64,000 nucleotides of DNA from the IMG/VR virus record IMGVR_UViG_3300036770_006893, positions 124,001 to 188,000 of that record; one strand, given 5' to 3'. Each line of letters starts with the position of its first letter. Position 1 is the first letter of the stretch. The translations under genes were made by a program, and so were the position numbers. Under the pieces are notes generated by a model, which was given only the letters and a program-made list of their open reading frames with translations, was not told the origin of the DNA and did no database searches. This document shows, piece after piece, positions 1-9,800 of this stretch.

Positions 1-1
1 T

Positions 2-415
2 AGAGCCAACCTTACTAGCCTCCCTGACTGCTTTATTAGCCATCGATAACAGCTGTTCTTTTTCGTCCTCTGTTTTTAAATTCCATGCCGCTCTAGCTTT
101 AGATTTCCTGTCTTTTATCTCTTCCTCCGATAACTGGCTCCAAGACTTAAGAACAGAATTACCAATTGAACGTTTAGTTGCTTCGCTTCTCTTACGTCCT
201 TTGGTTGGGTGTGTGTGTTTTCCTGTGACAAGGGCGTTTTTTTGCGCCTCAGATTTATTGCGTATATTTATTTTTAAACGTATGGCATCTCGTCTAATTT
301 TATTAGCATATGTCCCACATGCCTCCGCGATGTCTGCAAAACTTTTATTTTCATCAATATACAGTTTTTTGATTAACTTTTTCTTTTCCTCATCACCCAG
401 CTGATTGTATAACAT
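2..415 (-). CDS. Partial ORF (runs off the left edge) with HTH-like N-terminus and NUMOD3-like motif; possible endonuclease
   Basis: Manual translation from ATG 415: MLYNQLGDEEKKKLIKKLYIDENKSFADIAEACGTYANKIRRDA...HPTKGRKRSEATKRSIG...; no stop before window edge; not in ORF track. Confidence 0.6.
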   Translation of the reverse strand, partial: MLYNQLGDEEKKKLIKKLYIDENKSFADIAEACGTYANKIRRDAIRLKINIRNKSEAQKNALVTGKHTHPTKGRKRSEATKRSIGNSVLKSWSQLSEEEIKDRKSKARAAWNLKTEDEKEQLLSMANKAVREASKVGS

Positions 416-869
416 TGATTATTTCCTCATATGAGAACTTGTTGATTTTATTGACACGTAATGATGGCCAGCATATGTTATATATGTTTTTTACATCATC
501 ACTAGTTGATATAATATGTAAATTATTTTTTTCAAACAGTTTTTTCCATAAAGTATATTCTGTATATCCAGAAGCCCATGGTGTCTCATTAGTATAAAAA
601 AATACGTTATGCGCTTTTGGAAAACTATTAGATAGCATTAAAGACATAGTATCAAATATAACAATATTACCATCAAAAAACTTACTATGGCTTATAGGCA
701 TAAGAGGGATGTTCATATGAGACGTCATAGACGAAGAGCAATTAAATATGCAAATATTGCTCAACGGATTATGGTCTATAAAAGGTCTTATTTCTGATAT
801 TAGGGCAATGTGTTCAGCAGACTGATTGAGGTATAGGCATATGAATGCTAGATCTTTTGTTAGTTTCAT
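393..869 (-). CDS. Hypothetical protein, possibly a truncated glycosyltransferase-fold protein
   Basis: 158 aa ORF coupled to neighbours in GT-like operon; no clear catalytic motif. Confidence 0.6.
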   Translation of the reverse strand: MKLTKDLAFICLYLNQSAEHIALISEIRPFIDHNPLSNICIFNCSSSMTSHMNIPLMPISHSKFFDGNIVIFDTMSLMLSNSFPKAHNVFFYTNETPWASGYTEYTLWKKLFEKNNLHIISTSDDVKNIYNICWPSLRVNKINKFSYEEIINVIQSAG

Positions 870-1600
870 TTTACTATCTTTTCTAGAAAATCCTCTATAT
901 CTACAGGACTAAAACTATTTGTGTTTTTGTTTATTGTGAGAGTCTCTGCGTCTAATATGACGCAGCCACAGGTATATGCTTCAGCAACATAGGACTCATA
1001 TTTATTTGACACAAAATATTTGCAATTATTTAAGATATCATTTTTGTCTAGTTCTGTAAGCATTCCGAGATTTTGAGGATGCTGTATAGATTTGTTATTA
1101 AATAATAAAAATTTACTATCTTTTGTTTCTGGATATAGATGTTTTTTTATATGTTGTGGAATCTCACTATCCTCATCCAAAAAATATGCTATCCTATCTA
1201 TTCTGTTGTAGTTTTCGTTGTTCTTAGAAGTAAATAAATTTTTGTTTATACAATAATCTGGTAGTACTAGAACATTGCTGTATCGCCGAAACTCATCATG
1301 GTCTTGGGGGTGTAAAATGTGTTTAGCCTTTTTAATATATCTAATAGCATCTTTATTGATTTGTGATCTGCTATGATATATAAACGCTTTTGTCAGTATG
1401 TCACCATATTCGCCCACAAACTGTATGATTTCGTTAGAAATAAAGGAACTATCAAAGATGTAGGCATTAGCACTAATCTTATGATGTATCTCATATAGAT
1501 TTGTAGGTTTGTCTATGAATATTTGAAATTTTGTGCTATTTATGTGTTTGATAGCACTCAATATTCTGTTGTCTCTATCAGACAAAAATACTTTTATCAT
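866..1600 (-). CDS. Hypothetical protein, GT-B-like C-terminus
   Basis: 244 aa; ends with ...KYESYVAEAYTCGCVIL resembling the GT4 E-x7-E/EA-x-x-CG motif. Confidence 0.55.
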   Translation of the reverse strand: MIKVFLSDRDNRILSAIKHINSTKFQIFIDKPTNLYEIHHKISANAYIFDSSFISNEIIQFVGEYGDILTKAFIYHSRSQINKDAIRYIKKAKHILHPQDHDEFRRYSNVLVLPDYCINKNLFTSKNNENYNRIDRIAYFLDEDSEIPQHIKKHLYPETKDSKFLLFNNKSIQHPQNLGMLTELDKNDILNNCKYFVSNKYESYVAEAYTCGCVILDAETLTINKNTNSFSPVDIEDFLEKIVK

Positions 1601-2273
1601 AAAAGTTTTTGACCCTTTTTATATCGTCTAATGTATTAATTTTGTAAATATTCTTTGTATTGCGAATAGCTATTGGTTCTATATCTATATTATTATTTAT
1701 TAGCAGGTTTACAAGCTCAAAAATATACAGATGATCTAATTTGTATAGTTTAGATAATTTTTGGATCGATTTAATTGTCCTGTTGTTCATAAATATGCAT
1801 TCAGACCATTGGTGTTTCAGGCCGTAAAACAGATACTCAACTTTTGTGGGATCTTGTATACCTATAGAGAAACCATCTTTATTTTTTGGTAATACGAACA
1901 GTGCTGTTTTTTGTGATATGGGTAATTTTTCTTTTAAGAGAACACCGTTGTTGATAAGTAAAAGATTTGATGGCTTTTTTGTGATTATATAATGCATCAG
2001 CGACTGCGCCTGATTGCTATCATTATATTTGTCATTATGTAATATGCTTACTGACTTATATTTTTTAATTTGTTTTTTAATCTTCTCATTTTCGAATCCG
2101 GTTAGTACTGTTATACTAGAATTTTTGTAAAATTTTTTACAATACATTATTTGATAATCTATAAGCGTTATATCATGATATATTTTTAATAATGCTTTTG
2201 ACCCTATGGATTTCATTCCTTTGGTAGCTTCTGGCACTAAAATAAGTATGTTTTGTGGTGAACTACAGCTCAT
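1578..2273 (-). CDS. Nucleotidyltransferase-like protein (LicC/sugar-phosphate NTP-transferase fold), degenerate
   Basis: ILILVPEATKGMKSIGSKALLKI...LIDYQI...ITVLTGFENEKI...NDKYNDSNQAQSL; canonical AAGxGxR and GD motifs altered. Confidence 0.6.
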   Translation of the reverse strand: MSCSSPQNILILVPEATKGMKSIGSKALLKIYHDITLIDYQIMYCKKFYKNSSITVLTGFENEKIKKQIKKYKSVSILHNDKYNDSNQAQSLMHYIITKKPSNLLLINNGVLLKEKLPISQKTALFVLPKNKDGFSIGIQDPTKVEYLFYGLKHQWSECIFMNNRTIKSIQKLSKLYKLDHLYIFELVNLLINNNIDIEPIAIRNTKNIYKINTLDDIKRVKNFYDKSIFV

Positions 2274-3018
2274 ATTGTATGTATTTAAAACCTCTATCTG
2301 TTGCTGAGGCCATGGCTTTCAGAATGTCAGGGTTATCGTTTAGCAATAGATACTTATAAGAATTAAAATCTATGAATATACCATCTAAAGTAGTAAGATC
2401 CGCTATAACTGCATTAAATGGATTTTGTTTTACACTTGTCTCAAAATGAAAGAAGTTTATTCTATCATTTAGTTCATTTTCTTTTTCGGGATTTTCTGGT
2501 ATATAAACGGTAAATATTTTGCTATCGACCTTATTTATATTAGTGTCGAGCGAAATAGTTATACATTCTTGTAGCGATTTATCTAATACAAAATTATGTA
2601 ATTTCCATTTGGCCGTATCGTAGATATTTTTTAGTATCTGTTTTGCTATGGAGTCGCTGAGGTCTTTGTTTCTATTAATAAACGATATATATTTTGGCTT
2701 GATGTCCAATTTATTAATTGTTGAGCACACGGCTTCTACATTGGTATCGTTATTTTTCAGATCCACTACTAAATAGTATTTAAGCAGAGAATTATCTCTG
2801 ATTGCCTGTACTATGTCTATCTCATGCAATTCTTTGTTTGAATCATATACACTTTTTGAAAAACAATATTTACACGCATATTCATGAATATAGTTATATC
2901 CGTCTTTATCTTCTATTATTTTTACATCCTTTAATATATTTGGAATATCAAAGTAGCAACCCTTATTATCACCATCCTTAATAAACAAGCAGCCAGAACA
3001 ATATGTATTAATTTTCAT
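2263..3018 (-). CDS. Hypothetical protein (N-terminal CxxC)
   Basis: 251 aa ORF overlapping both neighbours. Confidence 0.6.
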   Translation of the reverse strand: MKINTYCSGCLFIKDGDNKGCYFDIPNILKDVKIIEDKDGYNYIHEYACKYCFSKSVYDSNKELHEIDIVQAIRDNSLLKYYLVVDLKNNDTNVEAVCSTINKLDIKPKYISFINRNKDLSDSIAKQILKNIYDTAKWKLHNFVLDKSLQECITISLDTNINKVDSKIFTVYIPENPEKENELNDRINFFHFETSVKQNPFNAVIADLTTLDGIFIDFNSYKYLLLNDNPDILKAMASATDRGFKYIQYEL

Positions 3019-3443
3019 AGCTTTCTTCCGAAGGTGACAGCTGACAATATTTTATTTTGTTCAATACCGATAATATCGAATTGTTTATTATCCAGAATTT
3101 GTTTTGTAATTTTTTCGTAAGATATATTATTTTTAACACCCTCTATTATTTTTAGAAATTGTTCTTCTGAGATCTGCCTATCTACATACAATTTAGCAAT
3201 GGCATAGACATCGCTAATAACAAAAGTGACTTGTCCGCCATATCTGGTTTTATTTATGATAGTATCGATTGTGGCTGATGTCTTGTCCTGGGCCACAAAC
3301 GCAAGATCTGCACAATAAATAACATCAATCGACGCATTGGGAATAGAGTCTATATTTTTTATATCCCAGTCCACAAAATCTTTGATATTATGTTTTTCTT
3401 TATTTGTATAATCTATAATATTAATTTTCCGTATCATTTGCAA
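3015..3443 (-). CDS. Short SAM-dependent methyltransferase-like protein
   Basis: IPNASIDVIYCADL...KTRYGGQV resembles class I MTase motifs II-III; motif I not evident. Confidence 0.45.
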   Translation of the reverse strand: MQMIRKINIIDYTNKEKHNIKDFVDWDIKNIDSIPNASIDVIYCADLAFVAQDKTSATIDTIINKTRYGGQVTFVISDVYAIAKLYVDRQISEEQFLKIIEGVKNNISYEKITKQILDNKQFDIIGIEQNKILSAVTFGRKL

Positions 3444-3455
3444 CTATCCTTATGT

Positions 3456-4310
3456 CTATATACTGTTTAAATAGTGGTTATATATTTTGGTACAAAATTC
3501 CGACCAGTCGTATTTTTTAATCGTGTCGGAAGCTATGCTTTGCGTCTTTTGGTCTATATCTGATTTTAGTAGATTAGATACTGTGTGTATCATATCCTGT
3601 AGATCTTTTACAACAAAAATATTGGCATCAAAAGCAAATCTTGTGGTTACACAGTAACACCCGCAAGCGGAGGCCGCTAAAAGATTATAATAGGTGTCTG
3701 TATCGATGCAAATGCGATACTTGGATAAAATAGCATAATTCTCATTAATATCATTACTAAATTCATATAGAGTATCGGTTCCTGGTATAGTTTGCTTAAG
3801 GTGCTGATATACGGCCTCTATCTGTTTTTGTTTTTTCGTATTAATAATTAGTATGTTTTTATTTCTTTCTACAGTATCGATATTTTTAGGTGGTATAACG
3901 CCATAGTTTATGTATTCTATATTAGGCATCTCCCACACAGAATCATTCGAAAAAAACGATAATATTTTGTGTGCAGACGTATTGCTAAATAATATTTGCA
4001 TATCTTCTTTTTTCATAGTCTGTGGTGGTGCGTCGTGAATAGATATAATATGCGGAACGAAATATTCCGATAAGCTTTTTTTGTTTTGGGCAAACTCTAA
4101 TGCGCTATTTATCCAAACACAACTATAAAAAATATTATCTATAAATGGCTTATTGGTATTAATGTCTAGTGGTATAAAATACTTTTGCTCATCACTAGAC
4201 ATCGCTACGTCAAACAATGAATTATGCTTAGCATAAAGCATATTAGGAGGTTGGTTTCCTAATATTCTTTTTTTAGTGTAAATTTGATTTTTGATTTGTT
4301 TATTTAGCAT
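3456..4310 (-). CDS. Glycosyltransferase-like (GT-B) protein
   Basis: INYGVIPP, LLAASACGCYCVT, YDWSEFC motifs typical of GT4 C-domain. Confidence 0.55.
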   Translation of the reverse strand: MLNKQIKNQIYTKKRILGNQPPNMLYAKHNSLFDVAMSSDEQKYFIPLDINTNKPFIDNIFYSCVWINSALEFAQNKKSLSEYFVPHIISIHDAPPQTMKKEDMQILFSNTSAHKILSFFSNDSVWEMPNIEYINYGVIPPKNIDTVERNKNILIINTKKQKQIEAVYQHLKQTIPGTDTLYEFSNDINENYAILSKYRICIDTDTYYNLLAASACGCYCVTTRFAFDANIFVVKDLQDMIHTVSNLLKSDIDQKTQSIASDTIKKYDWSEFCTKIYNHYLNSI

Positions 4311-5296
4311 AGGATATCTAATATTCTGCTTTTTTCTTGTGCATCTAAACCATGTTTTTCGACTTTATTGAGATCAGATAGTGCGTCCACTATAGACTGT
4401 GTTAGTACGGATTGCTTATGCTTGTCGATATAGTAGTCTACGGTGTTCATCGATGGAACAGTGATGTGGTCGAGATTGGTGATATCCAGTATTTTACTAT
4501 TGTAGCACTCAGCCATGCTTCTATTTAATCCGCACTCGTATTGATCTTTCAGGTCGATAAAAATATCACAAGAGTTATGTAGTACTTTTAAGTGGTCGTA
4601 GGTAAATTCTTGATTTATAATTTTTATAGGCTTGAGAATAGGATGATAATTCATTTTGTCAAAAATATCTTGTATATTTTTTTCTAATGCTTCTTGGGCA
4701 TTGTATTTTTTAGGGTCCGTTAATGCTAAAACCATACATTTTTCGAGACTATTGCGGCAAGATATGATAAAAGATATAATTATCTTATTGAGAATGTTAT
4801 TGTTTTCTAAATAATTGCCGATAAAGTATAATTTTGTTTTATTATTACAATAATCAAAATTGCCCTGCTGTCCATCAGGAATTTTTTCTATATGGTATAC
4901 TAGCGCTTTGTGTGCTATATTATATTTACTTAGTATATAAGCATTAGTATAATCGTCAACTAAAACAGTATTAAAGTTACGTAATACTTCTAACTGATAT
5001 TGGCTTACGGAATAATCTATCATAGGTATGCATATATTTTTTTCTCCCAAGCTGATATATTTTGGATCACAAATCATTTCGACGGGACAGTGTTGTATCA
5101 CATAGTCGTAGCTATCGAAACTCTGTCTTAGTCTATAGTTTTCGAATTTATCAACATTAACATAGTCTAAATCGGTAATTATTGACTTTGTTTCTAGTTG
5201 AATAGAAGGATTCGATTTTATTGTGTCTATAATATTTCTTGAGGCCATACCTATTAAATCGGTATTATAATATGGTCCAAAATATAATACTTTCAT
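4304..5296 (-). CDS. Glycosyltransferase-like (GT-B) protein
   Basis: MKVLYFGPY N-terminus; LHNSCDIFID...GLNRSMAE. Confidence 0.55.
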   Translation of the reverse strand: MKVLYFGPYYNTDLIGMASRNIIDTIKSNPSIQLETKSIITDLDYVNVDKFENYRLRQSFDSYDYVIQHCPVEMICDPKYISLGEKNICIPMIDYSVSQYQLEVLRNFNTVLVDDYTNAYILSKYNIAHKALVYHIEKIPDGQQGNFDYCNNKTKLYFIGNYLENNNILNKIIISFIISCRNSLEKCMVLALTDPKKYNAQEALEKNIQDIFDKMNYHPILKPIKIINQEFTYDHLKVLHNSCDIFIDLKDQYECGLNRSMAECYNSKILDITNLDHITVPSMNTVDYYIDKHKQSVLTQSIVDALSDLNKVEKHGLDAQEKSRILDILC

Positions 5297-6954
5297 TTTT
5301 GGGTATCTTTCATTTTTGCATAAGCTATGAAGTCTTCGTCAAAACTAATCTTTTTAATTCTTGCTAATTCAGCTTGATTATGATTTCTAATAATTGTTTT
5401 TATCATATCGACGCCCATATCGCTACTAAAGTTTTGGTAAGATGTACCAGATTGACTGAAGCCATAAGCTATGTCTTTACAAAGATTAAGCATCATCATA
5501 GATCCTATTTTTTCGTAATCCATTAGGTTTGATCCACAAATAGACGCTAGATTAAGCATATTCAGCGTATGGTCTTTTGGTACATCGAAATCATTTAGAA
5601 TTTGCGGCTCCTGATCCCAATCGGCCCTATATCCAGAGTCATCTAGTTTATCAAGATAGTTTTCCCATTTTTTGGCTATATGATCCCAATTATAGTGTTT
5701 CTCTACCAAGCTTCTGGTCTCTATACGTTTTTGTAATCTCATAGGCTCTGGTAAATTTATAAACGATAATATGTTTTTAATTAGACTATCGTTATCGGGA
5801 TAAACCCTTATTGCTTTGGTTTCTAATTCCTTGAACCTGTTTTTTATATCTACTTTATATGCGTTGAGTTTATTTATTATATCAACCATAGCGCTATAAT
5901 TCACTGTGGCTACGGGGACACCACAAGCAGCAGCTTCTACTTGAGGCATGCCAAATCCTTCGCATATAGCATATTGTACATAAATATCGAATGTATTATA
6001 TATATTTGCTAATATTTCGTTAGGCACACCTATAGCAACAGACGGTAGTCTGCATGAGTTCTCTAAGCAGTTTTTACAAATTCTAGTAGGATGATTGTAC
6101 GTTGTTGTTTCTACTTGATGGCATCTACCACAAAAATATGTAAACAGCACCTTATTGCATAATTTAGTATCTCTTAGTAATTCTGGTATGTCCCATCCTG
6201 CGTCTGGGTAGCTAGTGTGCAGATACAAATATAAATTTTTAGCGGTTTCTGCATTTTCTTGTGATAGTTTATCTATTAGATTTCTAAACGCAAAAAGCAA
6301 TTCTGGTATGAGTTTTCGTTTTTGATTTCTCATAACAGAACCAATTATTATGGATTCCGGTGGGATACCAAGATTTTTCTTGATTATATTTTTATCTAGA
6401 ACTTTAAATATAGAGAGGTCCACTCCGGGTGATGCGGTATCTATATAGTTTATTTTGCCTCTGCTTTGATTTTTAAGTACATCCGCACCCCAGTCAGAAT
6501 ATGTAAATATCGCATCTGCCCCAATAAATGTATCTATCCATTCGTCTTGCTGAGGAGCAGAATCAACCGTAGGCATTAGTATCCAATGAAAAAATCTTCT
6601 TAATGGAGATAAAGACTGATAATGACTCATCCAATAGTCTCTTACATCTATTACAACATCTGGGCGAAAATCTAATAGAACCTTTTCAAAGCGCCATCTA
6701 CCGAATTGATTATCTTGTCTGGATGAGTACTCATTGAACCTAGGGTCATTTTCTCTAACAGCATTAGCATAGAATCGCCAATTTATATCTTTATCTCTAC
6801 TGTCATTTACGTGAGCGTACGAAGCAAATTCTGCTATGTGAAATTTGTTTGTTTTATACAGTCTCGACAGAATCTCCTTTGCATATGTGCCAAAGCCAGA
6901 GCTTAAAAAGCTTGCTTCAGAACACATTAGTACTTTTAGTTTATTGTTTTTCAT
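5293..6954 (-). CDS. Glycosyltransferase family 4 with internal CxxC...CxxC insertion
   Basis: KLKVLMCSEA..SSGFG; RNQKRK; YNTFDIYVQYAICEGFGMPQVEAAACGVP; YNWDHIAKKW. Confidence 0.85.
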   Translation of the reverse strand: MKNNKLKVLMCSEASFLSSGFGTYAKEILSRLYKTNKFHIAEFASYAHVNDSRDKDINWRFYANAVRENDPRFNEYSSRQDNQFGRWRFEKVLLDFRPDVVIDVRDYWMSHYQSLSPLRRFFHWILMPTVDSAPQQDEWIDTFIGADAIFTYSDWGADVLKNQSRGKINYIDTASPGVDLSIFKVLDKNIIKKNLGIPPESIIIGSVMRNQKRKLIPELLFAFRNLIDKLSQENAETAKNLYLYLHTSYPDAGWDIPELLRDTKLCNKVLFTYFCGRCHQVETTTYNHPTRICKNCLENSCRLPSVAIGVPNEILANIYNTFDIYVQYAICEGFGMPQVEAAACGVPVATVNYSAMVDIINKLNAYKVDIKNRFKELETKAIRVYPDNDSLIKNILSFINLPEPMRLQKRIETRSLVEKHYNWDHIAKKWENYLDKLDDSGYRADWDQEPQILNDFDVPKDHTLNMLNLASICGSNLMDYEKIGSMMMLNLCKDIAYGFSQSGTSYQNFSSDMGVDMIKTIIRNHNQAELARIKKISFDEDFIAYAKMKDTQK

Positions 6955-6981
6955 TTTGAAATAATCTATTTTATGAGAATA

Positions 6982-7009
6982 GAAGTGGGGGCTTTTCAGC
7001 CCCCGCTTC
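6982..7009 (-). terminator. Rho-independent terminator-like hairpin downstream of ssb
   Basis: GAAGCGGGGGC-TGAAAA-GCCCCCACTTC then TATTCT on minus strand; 11-bp stem with one G-U pair. Confidence 0.75.
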
Positions 7010-7037
7010 GTATCTCAATTACGCTACGCGATTAGTC

Positions 7038-7424
7038 TCAAAAGGCCATAGCCTCTGTTTCTTCTGCGCTTTTCGCTGGTGCGCCGCTATTTTTTGAAAG
7101 CTTCGTAATCTTGGAAAAGTTATTTACTCTAACTTTTAAGCTGCTATGCTTAACTCCGTCCTTTTCCCAAGTATCATTCCTTAATGATCCTTCTACCATT
7201 ACTAGATCACCCTTCTTAAATGAAGAGCCTATAATATCCGCACCGCTATCCCATGCTTCACAATTGATAAAAGATGTGATTTTATCCTTTTCACCACTAG
7301 ACTTGGTGTATTCTCGCGATACGGCAACAGTGAAATTAACAACGGATGTTTGTTTTCCTCCGGTATTTACTGTTCTTAATTCAGGATCTCTAGCAAGATT
7401 ACCACGTAATATAGTTATATTCAT
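7038..7424 (-). CDS. ssb: Single-stranded DNA-binding protein
   Basis: MNITILRGNLARDPELR...FINCEAW...KGDLVMVEGSLRNDTWEKDG; SD AAGGAG upstream. Confidence 0.95.
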   Translation of the reverse strand: MNITILRGNLARDPELRTVNTGGKQTSVVNFTVAVSREYTKSSGEKDKITSFINCEAWDSGADIIGSSFKKGDLVMVEGSLRNDTWEKDGVKHSSLKVRVNNFSKITKLSKNSGAPAKSAEETEAMAF

Positions 7425-7469
7425 ATCAAAACTCCTTCAAGGTTAAAATTTGTGCGCCAATCGCACCTT

Positions 7470-7497
7470 ATAATACAATAGGGTCGGTAAAAGTCAA
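7470..7497 (-). promoter_or_regulatory. Sigma70-like promoter for ssb (TTGACT-N16-TATTAT)
   Basis: -35 at 7497-7492, -10 at 7475-7470, 16-bp spacer. Confidence 0.55.
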
Positions 7498-9104
7498 GAC
7501 GCCGGCATAAAACATTTATCTACTATCAGGCCATCACCTGTTTTATTTTTGTTGCCAACAAATATTAAAATATTAGAATTAAAAAGTTGGTGTTTATATT
7601 TTTGATATTGCTCAGGAAATAAGACCACAGAGTCTAATATACCGAACTGGTCCTCTATTGATACAAACGCCATGTCTAATCCCTTGGTTTTTCCTCGTTT
7701 AGTTTTTGTTGTATTGATATTAATTATCTCTCCGGCGATGATAATATTTTTATTTGATATACATGTTTTGAATTGCTTGCAATTACTATTTGTCATACTA
7801 ATATCATAAGTATCTAACTTAGAGCATGTAATAGAGCATCCTAATAGAGTATCCTCAGAATCAGATAGCCATTCTATCTTGTCTATTAGAGAATACGGAG
7901 GATTGAGTAAAGAGTCTATTATTGAGCTTATCGACGTTTTTCTTTTTGTTGTAATTTTACTTTCGGTAATGAGCTTGCGTAGTATAGATATAATATCGGC
8001 ATTCTGATTATTTTGGGATATATCTATGCATTTTTCTATTTCTTTTGTTGTTAATTGACTTATATTCTCAAAATCGAATAGCATCTCAGTTCTATTCTTT
8101 TTGATAAAATCTATAGCTCCACTAGAAATAATAGCTTTTGCCGCTGTTGAATTTATATTCACTAATATTTTTAGTAATAGAGATGGCCAAGAAACAGAAT
8201 AAAGGTCTATGTTAGACGTTAATAGTTCAAGCTTATCAAAAATAGATTGACCGACACCCTTTATGTCCGTAAGACCAAAAATTATATCGTCGTTGTGTAT
8301 CTCAAAAAACCGATTCATTAGTCTAAGGTCTGGTATTTTAACAGAAATATCCATTTCGGATGCATTTTTAACTAATTCTTTTATTTCTTGCTTGGGGTCT
8401 ATTTTATCTTTCGCGTATTTCAAGTATGATGCAAAAAAGACCTTTGGAAAGTGAGCTTTTGCATATGCTGACAAATATCCGTTCATCGCATACGATATAG
8501 AGTGAGATTTATTGAAAGAGTATCTTTGGCTTTTCTCGATCCAGCTAAAAATTTCTTCAGCCTCATCCTGAGAGACTATATTTAATGCAGAACAACCTTC
8601 TAAGAATCTGGTTTTAATTTTTGACATTTCTTCTGGCTTTTTCTTGCCGATAGCCTTTCTTAACATATCAGCTTCTTTTAAGTCGAAACCTGCTATATCT
8701 CTTGTTATTTGCATAGCCTGTTCTTGATAAATCATCTCGCCGTAGGTATTTAATAGAGCCGGGCCGAGGGCTGGATGAAATATATCTACGCTCTCCAATC
8801 CATTTTTCTTATCTATATAATGGTCGGTAACGCTTTTTCCGTCTCTTACAGCTTCTAAGCAACCGGGCCTAATAATAGCAATAAGCGCAGAAAGTTGCTC
8901 AATATTTTGAGGCTTTAATTTTTTTGCTGTCATTTGACCTAGTCTAGACTCTAGCTGAAAACACCCCTTGGTATTTCCGGCAGATATTAAATCCCATGTT
9001 TTTTCACAGCTTAAGTTCAGCTTAGTTAAATCAGCAGAAAAAACTACCGAGCCGTCTATATAATCAAAACTACAGCCACAATCAAATTTTATTTGTTTAC
9101 TCAT
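7494..9104 (-). CDS. dnaE: DNA polymerase III alpha, C-terminal half (fingers, HhH, OB fold)
   Basis: GCFQLES, IAIIRPG, MIYQEQ, ADMLRKAIGKK, YSFNKSH, GLTDIKGVG, MAFVSIEDQFG; lacks PHP and catalytic aspartates. Confidence 0.92.
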   Translation of the reverse strand: MSKQIKFDCGCSFDYIDGSVVFSADLTKLNLSCEKTWDLISAGNTKGCFQLESRLGQMTAKKLKPQNIEQLSALIAIIRPGCLEAVRDGKSVTDHYIDKKNGLESVDIFHPALGPALLNTYGEMIYQEQAMQITRDIAGFDLKEADMLRKAIGKKKPEEMSKIKTRFLEGCSALNIVSQDEAEEIFSWIEKSQRYSFNKSHSISYAMNGYLSAYAKAHFPKVFFASYLKYAKDKIDPKQEIKELVKNASEMDISVKIPDLRLMNRFFEIHNDDIIFGLTDIKGVGQSIFDKLELLTSNIDLYSVSWPSLLLKILVNINSTAAKAIISSGAIDFIKKNRTEMLFDFENISQLTTKEIEKCIDISQNNQNADIISILRKLITESKITTKRKTSISSIIDSLLNPPYSLIDKIEWLSDSEDTLLGCSITCSKLDTYDISMTNSNCKQFKTCISNKNIIIAGEIININTTKTKRGKTKGLDMAFVSIEDQFGILDSVVLFPEQYQKYKHQLFNSNILIFVGNKNKTGDGLIVDKCFMPAS

Positions 9105-9110
9105 GTGTTA

Positions 9111-9800
9111 TTAAACAAACGATCCCCTAAATTTTACTTTATTCGCAATTTTTCTATGTAGCTTTAGAAATCGAATTATTATGTCAGCAGTATCTCTTAC
9201 GTCTTTAATAGCATCGTGCGACCCTTCTGCAGATATGCCTAAGTATTCTCGCAGGGTGTCCATCGTATAATTCTTGAGTTCGTTGCTACCCTCAAACCAA
9301 TAAAATACCAAGTTCATTAAATCCAAAACATCTCTTGGATAAAAAAGAGAAGACTTTTCCTCTTTATTGAGATTGCCGTATTTAGTGCTTAGTCTTTCTA
9401 TAATTTTCAGATCGAACCTATTTATATTATACCCAGCAGCAATCGGAGCGCTAAAGCACGATTTTTTTTCTGATCTGGTATGATACATTTCTAGATATGA
9501 CACAAACGCTTTCCATCCTTGAGATTGTGGAGGATAAGCTAGCCATTCTGATAATATCTTAGACTTATCGACGCCCTTTACTTTAGCGTGAAAATCTAAG
9601 ACGTCGCTATCTTTATAGGCATATTCACTATCAGCCTCTAATAGATCTGGCTTAAAATAAACATTAAATTCTGAATCTTTTATTATTTCCAATTTGATTG
9701 GGTCTATAATTACTGCCGCTAGTTGCACAGGACTACAGACACTAGGATTGGATCCGTCTGTTTCAAAATCAAATACACAAATTTTTTGTAAATTAGCCAT
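9111..9800 (-). CDS. DEDDh 3'-5' exonuclease (Pol III epsilon-like)
   Basis: ExoI VFDFETDG, ExoII GYNINRFDL, ExoIII HDAIKD. Confidence 0.9.
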   Translation of the reverse strand: MANLQKICVFDFETDGSNPSVCSPVQLAAVIIDPIKLEIIKDSEFNVYFKPDLLEADSEYAYKDSDVLDFHAKVKGVDKSKILSEWLAYPPQSQGWKAFVSYLEMYHTRSEKKSCFSAPIAAGYNINRFDLKIIERLSTKYGNLNKEEKSSLFYPRDVLDLMNLVFYWFEGSNELKNYTMDTLREYLGISAEGSHDAIKDVRDTADIIIRFLKLHRKIANKVKFRGSFV

